DNA from: a virus
Lineage: Duplodnaviria > Caudoviricetes
Length of the DNA: 37,392 bases
Strand: one strand, 5' to 3'
IMG/VR virus record: IMGVR_UViG_3300025103_000064
Coordinates: 1 to 37,392 of that record
This document shows positions 37,392 through 37,392 of this stretch, one piece after another. The stretch's first letter is position 1. Every line of letters starts with the position of its first letter. The position numbers and the translations under genes are program-made. The notes beneath the pieces were generated by a model, which was not told the origin of the DNA, searched no databases, and saw nothing but the letters and a program-made list of their open reading frames with translations.

Positions 37392-37392
37392 T

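Noticed and set aside
1-37392. tRNA genes, CRISPR arrays, introns/inteins, integrase, diversity-generating retroelement
   Set aside because: Intergenic gaps are short and none showed a cloverleaf or repeat-spacer pattern; no reverse transcriptase, recombinase or intein motifs recognised by eye.

Overview
A 37.4 kb AT-rich segment of a tailed (podovirus-like) dsDNA phage genome, with two convergent arms. The + arm (1-8895) holds small wHTH/Zn-finger ORFs, a putative ubiquitin-like conjugation operon (E2-like 572 aa, JAB/JAMM peptidase, ThiF/E1), ERF recombinase, an SSB-like protein, an AEP primase-helicase fusion, an Nmad1/MazG-like protein and a PD-(D/E)xK resolvase. The - arm (8892-37392) holds virion genes: LamG tail/receptor-binding proteins, holin-like peptides, a metallophosphoesterase, a 1946 aa tail nozzle-like protein with a very large insertion, and six ejection/cargo proteins. 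One of these six is a two-barrel virion RNA polymerase (DFDID motif, crAss-like type). Highlights: (1) the phage-encoded E2-JAB-E1 operon, with no ubiquitin-like modifier visible in the window; (2) the virion RNAP; (3) the about 4,960 aa ejection cluster contains only four cysteines, all at abutting termini of three consecutive proteins, suggesting a head-to-tail disulfide chain; (4) a shared promoter-like motif and a short anti-Shine-Dalgarno RNA candidate. No tRNA, rRNA, CRISPR array, integrase, capsid, portal or terminase was recognised. All family calls come from motifs read by eye; no database search was run.
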